From positions 103 through 64,102 of the forward strand of contig JBHHYE010000019.1 of assembly GCA_046757405.1 (NCBI GenBank): a DNA stretch of 64,000 nucleotides, given 5' to 3'. Under the pieces are notes generated by a model. The model worked only from the letters and a program-made list of their open reading frames with translations. It was not told the origin of the DNA and did not search any database. Every line of letters starts with the position of its first letter. The stretch's first letter is position 1. Below, in pieces: positions 47,701 through 55,468 of the stretch. A program made the position numbers and the translations under genes. The stretch is from Acidobacteriota bacterium. Lineage in GTDB: Bacteria; Acidobacteriota; Polarisedimenticolia; SMYD01.

Positions 47701-48190
47701 GAAGGTAATCGACCCCGCCCTGGATCAGGGCGCGCGCCTGGCCGCGGAAGGTGTCCCGGAGCGCGTCGAACGTCACGCCTCCGGTCACCGAGATCGCCTT
47801 GGTGGTCGGCCCCATGGATCCGGCGACCCAGCGCGGGCGCTCCGGTGTGGAGGCCTCGTCCGCCAGTTGGCGCGCCAGCGTGGCCGCCGCCTGGGTGATC
47901 TCCTCGGCGCGATCCGCCAGGCCGTACTCGTCAAGGACGAGCGACGTGCTGCCGAAGGTGTTGGTCTCGATGATATCGGCTCCCGCCTGGAGGTACTCCC
48001 TGTGGATGGAGCGGATCACCTCCGGGCGGGTCAGTGCCAGGATCTCGTTGCACCCTTCCTGGCTCGGCCCGCCGAAATCGTCCGACCCCAGGTCGCGGGC
48101 CTGGAGGGCAGTTCCCATGGCCCCGTCCAGCACCAGGATCCGGGTCTCCAGCGCCTGATGGAGAGATTTCCTGCGAGCCGCTTCCGTCAC
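44615..48190 (-). CDS. metH: methionine synthase, cobalamin-dependent
   Basis: ILVLDGAMGT (Hcy domain), pterin-binding, B12-binding DxHxxG (KGDVHDIGKN), AdoMet activation domain; GTG start at 48190 overlaps the stop of the upstream regulator gene; 36-aa Pro/Arg-rich C-terminal tail after the conserved HHPEAVYFN. Confidence 0.9.
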   Translation of the reverse strand: MTEAARRKSLHQALETRILVLDGAMGTALQARDLGSDDFGGPSQEGCNEILALTRPEVIRSIHREYLQAGADIIETNTFGSTSLVLDEYGLADRAEEITQAAATLARQLADEASTPERPRWVAGSMGPTTKAISVTGGVTFDALRDTFRGQARALIQGGVDYLLVETCQDTRNIKAALLGCQDAFQELGREIPLAVSGTIEPTGTMLAGQGVEALNTSLEHVNLLYIGLNCATGPSFMGDHIRALADVVRTRVACVPNAGLPDEDGRYLETPETLARVLKRFVDHGWLNLVGGCCGTGAEHIRALAAMAAGRTPRPVPSHRRTCVSGIENLELEEANRPVLVGERTNVIGSRRFKEMIRKGQYEEAAEIGRRQVKKGAQILDLCLADPDGDERADMEHLLESLIRLVKVPLMLDSTDKEVLAAALPWCQGKSIINSINLEDGEARFRAVVPLGRQFGAAFVVGCIDDDPVQGMAITRTRKLEVARRSLALLTTAYGLDPSQILFDPLVFPCGTGDPAYVGSARETVEGVRLIKEAFPECKTILGISNVSFGLPPAGREVLNSVFLYHCTRAGLDAAIVNSEKLERYPSIPEAERQLAEDLLFAAARAASEAALAAFTSHFRAASSRLPKKEVSNRSLDERLAGYILEGTKDGLIPDLEEARRKRPPLDIINGPLMAGMAEVGRLFNRNELIVAEVLQSAEAMKAAVAHLEQFMEKIDASCRGTVVLATVKGDVHDIGKNLVDIILANNGYRVVNLGIKVPPHALISALEEHHPDIVGLSGLLVKSTREMVATAEEFAAAGWSLPLMVGGAALTRSFVRRRIAPVYPGLVVYAPDAMAGLDLAGRLLRPEDRPALEEELRREATLYIERRPAPAPAPQSPPSRKTVTVLEELPAAPDFERHVLSELNLDEIWSFLNPAMLYGKHLGLKGRFDRLLREQDSKALFVQETVERVKEECRQGALRADAIYRFVQVEPDGNRLLLFAPGEEQPVGALAFPRQAGGDRLCLADYIRAPLNDGRRDTVCLMVTGAGTGIRERAARYREEGSYLKSHTLQALALETAESAMEWLHAQVRALWGFPDDPGLSKEDLFKTRYRGRRYSPGYAACPSLEDQDLLFRMLLPQAIGITLTEGYMMDPEASVSAIAFHHPEAVYFNAGSPSAGPPGRRAAPRSPRRSSPGTGRSGPLKNPPGPAT

Positions 48191-49113
48191 CGTCCCGGTC
48201 TCCGGACCGGCTTCGCCCGCCGCCTGGACCGGGTGCCGGTCGCCAGGAGAACCTGGAACGGCTGTCCCGGTCCCCGGGGCAGCTCGCTGGTGGATACACG
48301 GGTGAAACCGGCCGCATGGATCTGGTGTGCGAGCGCATCGGGGCGGAACCCCAGATGCAGATGGCCGAGCTTTTTCCGGACCCATTTTTCCTGGTGGAAA
48401 GCCAGATCCAGGAGCAATAACCGCCCCCCGGCCACCAAGATACGGTGCGCCTGGTGCAGCGTCCGGGCGGGCTCCGGGATGTCATGCAGGGTCTGGGAGA
48501 GGACCACCACGTCCACGCTCCGCGCCGCCAGCGACACTTCTTCGATCGGTTCGCACAGAAAGCGGACATTCTTGAACCCCTGGCGGCGCAGCCGGCGGCG
48601 TGCCGCCAGGAGCCGGGCTCGATCCCGATCGATGGCGATGACCCGGCGGGCCCACCGCGCGATCTCGGCGGTCAAAGCTCCATCGCCGCAGCCGAGATCG
48701 GCCACCCTCAGGGGCGGGATCAGCCACCCGAGAGCCCGTGCCCAGGCAGGCCACGAGCGTCCCGGCTCCAGCGGCCGGGGCCCCCCGCCGCGCTCCGCCC
48801 GCCGCCGCAGGGTTTCCGAGAGGCGGGCGAGATCTCCATCCGGATCGTCCCGTCCGCGCATCTCTCCGGACACAGCGGTCCACAGGGTGCCGTTGGCGTC
48901 GCCCACCCTGTAGTAGGCAAAGGCACCGTGCCGCTCCAGGCGGATGAGGCCGGCCCTGCGGAGGGTGGCCAGTTGCTTGGACACGGACGGCTGGGCCATT
49001 CCCAGAATCGCGGTCAGCTCACCCACGGTGAGGGTCTCCTCGGACAGCAGGCGGAGCAGGCGCAAGCGGGTCGGATCGGCCAGGATCTGCAGAGAATGGG
49101 CCAAAGCCTTCAT
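48187..49113 (-). CDS. sahR: ArsR-family wHTH regulator fused to a SAM-dependent methyltransferase-like domain (SahR-type methionine-cycle regulator)
   Basis: ILADPTRLRLLRLLSEETLTVGELTAILGMAQPSVSKQLATL (ArsR HTH) + VADLGCGDGALT (MTase motif I); architecture and position upstream of metH match the described SahR family. Confidence 0.65.
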   Translation of the reverse strand: MKALAHSLQILADPTRLRLLRLLSEETLTVGELTAILGMAQPSVSKQLATLRRAGLIRLERHGAFAYYRVGDANGTLWTAVSGEMRGRDDPDGDLARLSETLRRRAERGGGPRPLEPGRSWPAWARALGWLIPPLRVADLGCGDGALTAEIARWARRVIAIDRDRARLLAARRRLRRQGFKNVRFLCEPIEEVSLAARSVDVVVLSQTLHDIPEPARTLHQAHRILVAGGRLLLLDLAFHQEKWVRKKLGHLHLGFRPDALAHQIHAAGFTRVSTSELPRGPGQPFQVLLATGTRSRRRAKPVRRPGR

Positions 49114-49119
49114 ATCACC

Positions 49120-49139
49120 ATATTCTTATATAAGAATAT
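49120..49139. promoter_or_regulatory. perfect 20-bp palindrome ATATTCTTATATAAGAATAT; candidate SahR operator
   Basis: Self-complementary over all 20 bp; AT-only element in a GC-rich genome, 7 nt upstream of the sahR start codon. Confidence 0.5.
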
Positions 49140-49167
49140 AGCGTTGGCGTCCAGCCCGTCTCCCGGC

Positions 49168-49653
49168 TCACCGCCGCTGGTAGATCAAGAAGGTGTGGGG
49201 ATGCGGGTTGCGGGTCTCCGCAGGATGATCCTCCCTGAGGATCTCGGTCCAGGCGGACGGATCGTACGAAGGAAAGCTCACGTCACCCTGAAACGTCTGG
49301 TGGATCCGGGTCAGATACAAGCGCCCGCATTCGGGGAGCATCTGCTCGAAGATCTGGGCGCCCCCGGCGACGAACGGCTCCGGGTCCCCCACGGCCTGCT
49401 CCATGGCCTCTGCCGGCGAGGACACCACCTGGACGCCGGCGGGCGCATAGCCGGTACGCCGGCTGACCACCAGAATGGTCCGTCCAGGGAGCGGCCGCCC
49501 GATGGACTCGAAAGTCTTCCGGCCCATGATCAGGTGGTGCCCCAGGGTCAGCCGCTTGAAACGGGCCAGATCAGCCGGCAGGCGCCAGGGAAGAGAGCCG
49601 CCTCGTCCGATGATGCCGTTCCGGGAGACGGCGGCGATGAGAGACAGGGTCAT
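49168..49653 (-). CDS. folA: dihydrofolate reductase
   Basis: [34 protein letters not shown]...GRKTFESIG. Confidence 0.85.
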   Translation of the reverse strand: MTLSLIAAVSRNGIIGRGGSLPWRLPADLARFKRLTLGHHLIMGRKTFESIGRPLPGRTILVVSRRTGYAPAGVQVVSSPAEAMEQAVGDPEPFVAGGAQIFEQMLPECGRLYLTRIHQTFQGDVSFPSYDPSAWTEILREDHPAETRNPHPHTFLIYQRR

Positions 49654-50444
49654 ATGGCGATGGGCGCGCGAATGGCGGGATGAGGACCGTACTGGTTCAG
49701 GGAGAAGTCCTCGTAGCGGAACTCGAAGAGCGAGGCGACCCTGGTGTTCAAGGACATCTTGGGCAAGGGCCGCGGGAGGCGCGCGATCTGGAGCCGGGCC
49801 TGGTCCAGATGGTTCAGGTAGAGATGGGCGTCGCCCAGGGTATGGATGAATTCCGCCGGCTGCAACCGGGTGACCTGGGCCACCATCAGGGTGAGCAGGG
49901 CGTAGGAGGCGATATTGAAGGGCACCCCGAGGAAGATGTCAGCACTGCGCTGGTACAGCTGGCAGGAGAGGCGGCCGTGGGCCACGTAGAACTGAAAGAG
50001 GACGTGGCAGGGCGGGAGCTTCATCCTGGGGAGGTCAGCTGGATTCCAGGCGCTGACCAGGTGGCGGCGGGAATCAGGGTCTTTCTGGATTGCCTCGATC
50101 ACCCGGGCCATCTGGTCGATGGTCCGGCCTCCCGGCGCGGCCCAGGACCGCCACTGCGAACCGTAGACCGGGCCGAGCTCGCCCTGGGCGTCCGCCCACT
50201 CGTCCCAGATCGTGACGCCGTGCTCATTCAAGTAGCGGATATTGGTGTCGCCGGCCAGGAACCAGAGAAGCTCGTGAATGATGGAGCGCAGGTGCATCTT
50301 CTTGGTGGTGAGCAGGGGAAATCCGTCCTCGAGATTGAAGCGCATCTGATACCCGAAGATACTGCGCGTCCCGGTTCCGGTGCGGTCGTCCTTGGTGGTG
50401 CCGGAATCGAGAGTATGCTGGAGAAGGTCGAGGTACTGCCGCAT
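49650..50444 (-). CDS. thyA: thymidylate synthase
   Basis: [31 protein letters not shown]...LPPCH..FQFYV; ATGA overlap with folA. Confidence 0.9.
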   Translation of the reverse strand: MRQYLDLLQHTLDSGTTKDDRTGTGTRSIFGYQMRFNLEDGFPLLTTKKMHLRSIIHELLWFLAGDTNIRYLNEHGVTIWDEWADAQGELGPVYGSQWRSWAAPGGRTIDQMARVIEAIQKDPDSRRHLVSAWNPADLPRMKLPPCHVLFQFYVAHGRLSCQLYQRSADIFLGVPFNIASYALLTLMVAQVTRLQPAEFIHTLGDAHLYLNHLDQARLQIARLPRPLPKMSLNTRVASLFEFRYEDFSLNQYGPHPAIRAPIAI

Positions 50445-50542
50445 GGGTCGTGACGCTTCACCGATGAGGTGGCTGGGCCGCGGGACGTTCCCGTGGCCTC
50501 GATGATCTCATTTCAGCGGCTCGAGAACAACCAGCGCCACCG

Positions 50543-51955
50543 TCATGGGGCGCGGGCCGGCAGGGTGGGAGTGTTCTCACGGCCGATCCGGGGGCCGGCC
50601 AGGGTCAGCATGAGCCAGATCTGGAACCATGCCGAGGAGATGGCGGTGGCGGCCACCAGGCCGGCGATGAGCCCGTAGAATCCCGGAAAGCCCAGAGCCC
50701 GGGAAAGTTTCACGCCGGCCAGGGCCAGGGGGACCGTGAGCACCAGATACCGCAAGAGCGCGATCCACAGCCCCGGGCGGCCGCGCTGCATCCCTTCGAA
50801 GATCGGCCGGCAGAGAAAAAAAGGAATGGCGACGATGACGGCCACGGGAATGACGCGGAGGGCGAAGGCGGCGAACGCCGCCGTGGTCGGTTCTTCGGCC
50901 AGCAGGCGGGCCAGAGGCGGTCCCCCGAACCAGGTGGCAGGAATCAACAGGAGGAGAGCGTAGGCGAGAGCAGACAGACTGACCTGGAGGAACCCCTTGC
51001 GGATCTCGGTGAGCCGCTCTCGGCCGAAGAGGCGCGCCGTGTACGGGAGGGTGGCCACGCTGGCCGCGATGATCGGCATGGAGGCGAAGAGCAGGACGCG
51101 ATAGTAAATGGAGTAGGCGGCGATGGCGGCTGTGGCGGCGGGAGTCGAAGCCAGCACTCCGTTCACGAAGGTCGATTCCAGCGCCATGAGGGCGTAGGCC
51201 GCCGCCGAGGGCAAGGCCAAGGCCAGGATCACCCCGTAGGGGCGATTATCAAGCCGGAGGGACTGGTCCTCGCCCCGGCTCTTGCGGGCGTGCTCATGGC
51301 GGCGGGCCCGGCTCAGCGCGTACAGGAGTCCGCCGAAACGGCCGAGCACGGTGGAGAAAGCAATACCGAAAATACCCCAGTGAAACAGGAACAGGAAGAT
51401 CGTGTTCAAGAGGACGTTGATGACGTTGGACCAGATGCCGGCCCACATGGTGGCGCGGGTGTCATGGTGCGCCTTGATCAGGGAATCGGGCAGGATGGAC
51501 CAGAAGCCGGTCAGGGCAGAGCCGGCCAGCATCACGCTCCCGTAGACGGCAAAGAGGCGTCCGACCTCCGGCTCGAGACCCAGGTGGGGCGCGATCATGC
51601 CCGTGGCCGCGGCCAGCGCCAGGAAGGTCGGCAGAAGCGCGCGCGTGATCATCTTCCAGGCGGTCCCCAGGAGCTGCTGGATGCGCGCCCCCTCCCCGGC
51701 GCCCATGGCCTGCGACAGGCAGGAAGTCAGGCCGTTCGACAGGCCGACCCAGCAGGCAATCATCAGGAACTCCAGAGGGATGGCCAGGCCAATGGCCGCG
51801 ATGGCCGCATCGCCCAGGGTGGCGGCGTAAGCAGTGTCCACGAAGGTGAAGGCGGACCGCATCCAGAACGACAGCACCAGGGGCGCCGTCATGGCCAGGA
51901 TCGAAGGGGTGGCCTGCGGCCTTCCGGCCGCCGTGGGGATGGCTCTGCCTGGCAT
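50543..51955 (-). CDS. MATE-family efflux transporter
   Basis: 12-TM composition; N-terminal ILAMTAPLVLSFWMRSAFTFVDTAYAATLGDAAIAAIG typical of MatE. Confidence 0.8.
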   Translation of the reverse strand: MPGRAIPTAAGRPQATPSILAMTAPLVLSFWMRSAFTFVDTAYAATLGDAAIAAIGLAIPLEFLMIACWVGLSNGLTSCLSQAMGAGEGARIQQLLGTAWKMITRALLPTFLALAAATGMIAPHLGLEPEVGRLFAVYGSVMLAGSALTGFWSILPDSLIKAHHDTRATMWAGIWSNVINVLLNTIFLFLFHWGIFGIAFSTVLGRFGGLLYALSRARRHEHARKSRGEDQSLRLDNRPYGVILALALPSAAAYALMALESTFVNGVLASTPAATAAIAAYSIYYRVLLFASMPIIAASVATLPYTARLFGRERLTEIRKGFLQVSLSALAYALLLLIPATWFGGPPLARLLAEEPTTAAFAAFALRVIPVAVIVAIPFFLCRPIFEGMQRGRPGLWIALLRYLVLTVPLALAGVKLSRALGFPGFYGLIAGLVAATAISSAWFQIWLMLTLAGPRIGRENTPTLPARAP

Positions 51956-52020
51956 GATGGCAATGAAGATACGCCATCAACCGGCTTCCTGCCCGACCGC
52001 AGCGGCCGGGGAAGGTGGAG

Positions 52021-53550
52021 TCAGTCCTCCCCGGGAGCCCGGAGACGGAGAAGGGAGGCGTAGACGACGATCCCGTCCCACAGATTGCCCAGGCGCAGAT
52101 TCTCGTCGGGGGCGTGCTGCTTGTCGTCGTGATTGGCGATGGGAACCCCGTAAACCGGTATGCCCAGAGCCTTGTGGAAATGGGAGAGGGGCCCTGTGCC
52201 CCCCAGCGTGGGAAGAAGCACGGGCTCCATGGTGCCGGCGCGGCGCACCGCGCCGACCAGCGTCCGCGAGAGCTCCGTGTCCATGGATGTCCGGGCGGCG
52301 GGTGTCCCCGGTCCATGAGTGATGCGGACGACCAGGGAGTGGGCGCGGCGCACGGCCGCGCCGGGCTCTTTCTCCACGACGAAGAATCCCTGGCGGCGGG
52401 CATGCGCCTTGATCCGCTCCACTTGCTCCAGCGGGTCCACGTCCGGGACAAGCCGCAGGTCGATCTCGGCGGTGGCGGTGGCGGGGACAATGGTCCGCGC
52501 CTGCCGCCCCACCCAGCCGGAGCCCAGGCCCCGCACGTTCAGGGAAGGAAGATTGATGAGCTCCTGGAGGCTCCGTCCGGCCCCGTCGGGCCTGGCGATG
52601 AGGAGGCGGTCCTGGAGACGGTTTTCGATCCGGGGCACGGCGGCCAGGGCGTGACGCTCGCTGGCCGAGAGGGGCCTGACATCGTCGTAGAACCCCGCCA
52701 CCCGGACATGGCCGTCTGCGTCCTTCATGGAGGCCAGGAGCGCCGCCAGCTTCTCCGCCGGGTTGGGCGCCCAGTTACCGTAGTGCCCGGAGTGGACCGC
52801 CTCGGCCGGACCGTAGACCGTGAGCCGCATCGTGATGATGCCGCGGGTTCCGAAGACGACCGTGGGACGGCCCGATGGGTGCACCGGCCCATCCGCGAAG
52901 ATCAGCATATCGGCCCGCAGGGCCCCGGCATGCTGCTCCAGGACCGTTCCGAGATGCGGGGAGCCGGATTCCTCCTCGGGGTCCAGGATGAACCGCGTCT
53001 CCACGGTGGGTGGAAGACCCACGGCCCGCAGAGCATCGAGGGCGGAGAGCAAGGCGATGATGGGGCCCTTGTCATCCGCCGCGGAGCGGCCATAGAGGCG
53101 GGCGTCCCTCTGGGCGGGACGCCCCACCAGGGTTGGCGTGAAAGGGGATCCCACCGTCCACCGGGCCGGATCCACCGGCTGTCCGTCGAAGTGGGCGTAA
53201 AACAGGACCACGAGTGTTTTGCCCGGCGGGGAAGCCGCCTCCGCCGGCAGACGGGCGAAGAGGTAGGGCGCGCCGCCGCTGTCCCAGCGCTCCGCCGCGA
53301 GCCCGCGCTTTTCCAGGAGCAGCCGGAGCGCCGCGGCATTTTCCGCCATGGCGTCTGTCTCGCCGGAGACATTGCGCCGGGACACGAAGGCCATCAGCTC
53401 GTCGAGAACAGCCTGGCGGTGATCGGCCACCCATCCTTGAACAGCCTGGCGGTGGGAGGTGTCGTCGCCCGGTCCCGGGGACGATCCATGTGCGGGAGCC
53501 GGAGAGAGGCCTTGGAGGATGAGAATGAGGGCCAGCCACCCGGAATGCAC
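52021..53550 (-). CDS. M20-family dipeptidase, secreted
   Basis: Signal peptide after GTG 53550 (AGGGGGA SD); M20 motifs LFYAHFDGQP, SAADDKGP, PEEESGS, HAPDE. Confidence 0.75.
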   Translation of the reverse strand: MHSGWLALILILQGLSPAPAHGSSPGPGDDTSHRQAVQGWVADHRQAVLDELMAFVSRRNVSGETDAMAENAAALRLLLEKRGLAAERWDSGGAPYLFARLPAEAASPPGKTLVVLFYAHFDGQPVDPARWTVGSPFTPTLVGRPAQRDARLYGRSAADDKGPIIALLSALDALRAVGLPPTVETRFILDPEEESGSPHLGTVLEQHAGALRADMLIFADGPVHPSGRPTVVFGTRGIITMRLTVYGPAEAVHSGHYGNWAPNPAEKLAALLASMKDADGHVRVAGFYDDVRPLSASERHALAAVPRIENRLQDRLLIARPDGAGRSLQELINLPSLNVRGLGSGWVGRQARTIVPATATAEIDLRLVPDVDPLEQVERIKAHARRQGFFVVEKEPGAAVRRAHSLVVRITHGPGTPAARTSMDTELSRTLVGAVRRAGTMEPVLLPTLGGTGPLSHFHKALGIPVYGVPIANHDDKQHAPDENLRLGNLWDGIVVYASLLRLRAPGED

Positions 53551-53751
53551 CTGATATTCCCCCCTGGTCCGTGCCTGTCTGGACCCGGCAGAGTCTAACA
53601 CGGGGGTTCTTGTTCTTCTGATGCCGAACGTGGCACTCGCCGGTCGCCCGGGCCGGGGAAGACCCGTGCCGGGGACCGGCCCCCGGCCTGGAGGCGTGTG
53701 CTGGGTGGTGTCTCCGGCCGGATCGCGATCCCGAAAATTCAAAGAAAACTC

Positions 53752-53780
53752 TTGACAGCTACCGGCCGGGAGCGTAACAT
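53752..53780 (+). promoter_or_regulatory. sigma70 consensus-like promoter (TTGACA-17 nt-TAACAT)
   Basis: cTTGACAgctaccggccgggagcgTAACATct in the 390-bp divergent intergenic region; ~160-nt 5' UTR to the 53942 start. Confidence 0.5.
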
Positions 53781-53941
53781 CTCGTTTGATCTTCTACATC
53801 TAAGGGTCGTTCCGGGGGGGCAGCGACGGCGGACTCCTGTTCTGAGCTCCTCTGGTGGCAAGGAAAAGGGACGTCAGCGGTGGAGTGCCGGCAGCGACAG
53901 GACTCCAGAATGTATTGCAAATTGAGTCGACGGGGGGCCAA

Positions 53942-55297
53942 GTGAAATATTGGACTTTGATTCTCGTGGCGGTGGCACAGCTCGCCTTGCCCGGGAGAGC
54001 AGCGAGAGCCGAGGCCTGTGCCAACTCGGGTGGAGTGGATTTCTGCGCCCAGTGCCAGAGCACCTCCATCGACCAATGTGATAGCGGCACCACCCAGGTG
54101 ACGGTCCAGCTGGGCGGCATCGGCTCCGTCAACAACGAAGGGACCATGCCGGGCATCCTGGATGACGGCACCAAGGCCACCGCTCTGGTGACCATCACCC
54201 AGGTTGACGCGGACACCATCGACGTGGAGATCCGGAACACGACCTGCGCCACGGCGACTCTCACGGCGCTGTTCCTGAACATCACGCCCTCCGTGACCGG
54301 CATGAACCTGATCAGCATCACCCCGGCCCCGACGACACCGGACTGGACCATCTGCTACGACCAGACATCCGCGCAGAACGACGGCCATGGTTTCAAGGCC
54401 GGCGGTTTCGGCCACTTCGATGCCGTGATCAGCAACAGCAAGGAACAGGGAACATGTGACGTGAGTCCCAACGGTGGCAACCCGATGGAGATCCTGGCCG
54501 GGGACACCTTGACGTTTCGGATCGATATCGTGGGTCCCTGGAGCCTCTGCGATCTGCTCACCGAGCTGAGTCAGCCGACACCTCCCGAACTGTTGCGGAC
54601 CATGGCGGCGCGCTTCCAGACCGGCACGCTGGGAGGGAGCGGCCGCATCGCTCCCTGCGCGCCGGGGACGCCGTTGCTGGCCAATTACCGCTTTTTCCGC
54701 ACCGCGCCGGCGAGCGGGCAGGTGGTTCTGGACTGGGCCACCTCCCTGGAGTTCGAGAATGCCGGTTTTAACATCCTGCGCCTTGCGGTTCCCCGCGGCG
54801 GATGGGAGCAGATCAACTCCGAGTTCATCGTGGGACGTGGCGATTCTCTGACGGGGGCCGAGTACACCTTCGTGGACGGAGAGGCCATCAACGGTGTCGA
54901 GTATGTGTACCGCCTGCAGGACATCAATTTCGCCGGCATCGACCATCTGAGCCGGCCGGCCACGGCGGTGGCCAACCCGCGCGCCGCGCCGGTGCATCTG
55001 GCGTCGCCCGCCTACGGTGCCCAGGTGGACCTGTCCAGGGATTTCGAGGTGGGTTTTGATGCGTCGAGACGCGGGAGTTTTGTCATCCAGATGGCATCCA
55101 GTCCGCTGTTCCCGGCGGCGGAGACGGTCGCGGCCCGGGTGCCGGTCCGGATCGGGTCGTCCACGGTGCGCCTCAATCCGCGCGCCGTGCGCCTGGCCCG
55201 GAAGGCGGCCGGTGCGGGTGACGGGATTCTTTACTGGCGTTTGGTCGATAGGGGGGGATCTCCGCTCAGTGAGACCTTCCGGATGGAGGTGAAGTGA
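53942..55297 (+). CDS. secreted Cys-containing hypothetical protein (possible FN3-like C-terminal region)
   Basis: GTG start with GGGGG SD; signal peptide WTLILVAVAQLALPGRAARAEA; 10 Cys; T/S/D/N-rich protein-like composition; the antisense ORF on this region is Arg-rich nonsense. Confidence 0.6.
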   Translation: MKYWTLILVAVAQLALPGRAARAEACANSGGVDFCAQCQSTSIDQCDSGTTQVTVQLGGIGSVNNEGTMPGILDDGTKATALVTITQVDADTIDVEIRNTTCATATLTALFLNITPSVTGMNLISITPAPTTPDWTICYDQTSAQNDGHGFKAGGFGHFDAVISNSKEQGTCDVSPNGGNPMEILAGDTLTFRIDIVGPWSLCDLLTELSQPTPPELLRTMAARFQTGTLGGSGRIAPCAPGTPLLANYRFFRTAPASGQVVLDWATSLEFENAGFNILRLAVPRGGWEQINSEFIVGRGDSLTGAEYTFVDGEAINGVEYVYRLQDINFAGIDHLSRPATAVANPRAAPVHLASPAYGAQVDLSRDFEVGFDASRRGSFVIQMASSPLFPAAETVAARVPVRIGSSTVRLNPRAVRLARKAAGAGDGILYWRLVDRGGSPLSETFRMEVK

Positions 55298-55468
55298 TGA
55301 ACAACCCCACGAGAACGGGTTCACGCAAGGACTTGCCGGTGCTGTCGGGAACATCCGTGGTGGCGGTGCCTGGCCGGGAGAAGCAGATACGGCGGTATGT
55401 GCCACCCACGATTCAGACTTTCACCGAAGAGGAGATTCTCCAGGAGGTGGGTCCGGCACAGGGGTACA

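Noticed and set aside
44606-48913. 1435-aa ORF on the + strand
   Set aside because: It is exactly antisense to metH, which carries every MetH domain motif. The product is Arg/Gly/Pro-rich low-complexity with no motifs. This is a typical stop-codon-poor antisense frame in ~70% GC DNA.
53759-55405. 548-aa minus-strand ORF overlapping the 53942 gene
   Set aside because: The Arg/Pro-rich product has no features. The + strand frame has a signal peptide, an SD and an upstream consensus promoter, so the + gene is retained.
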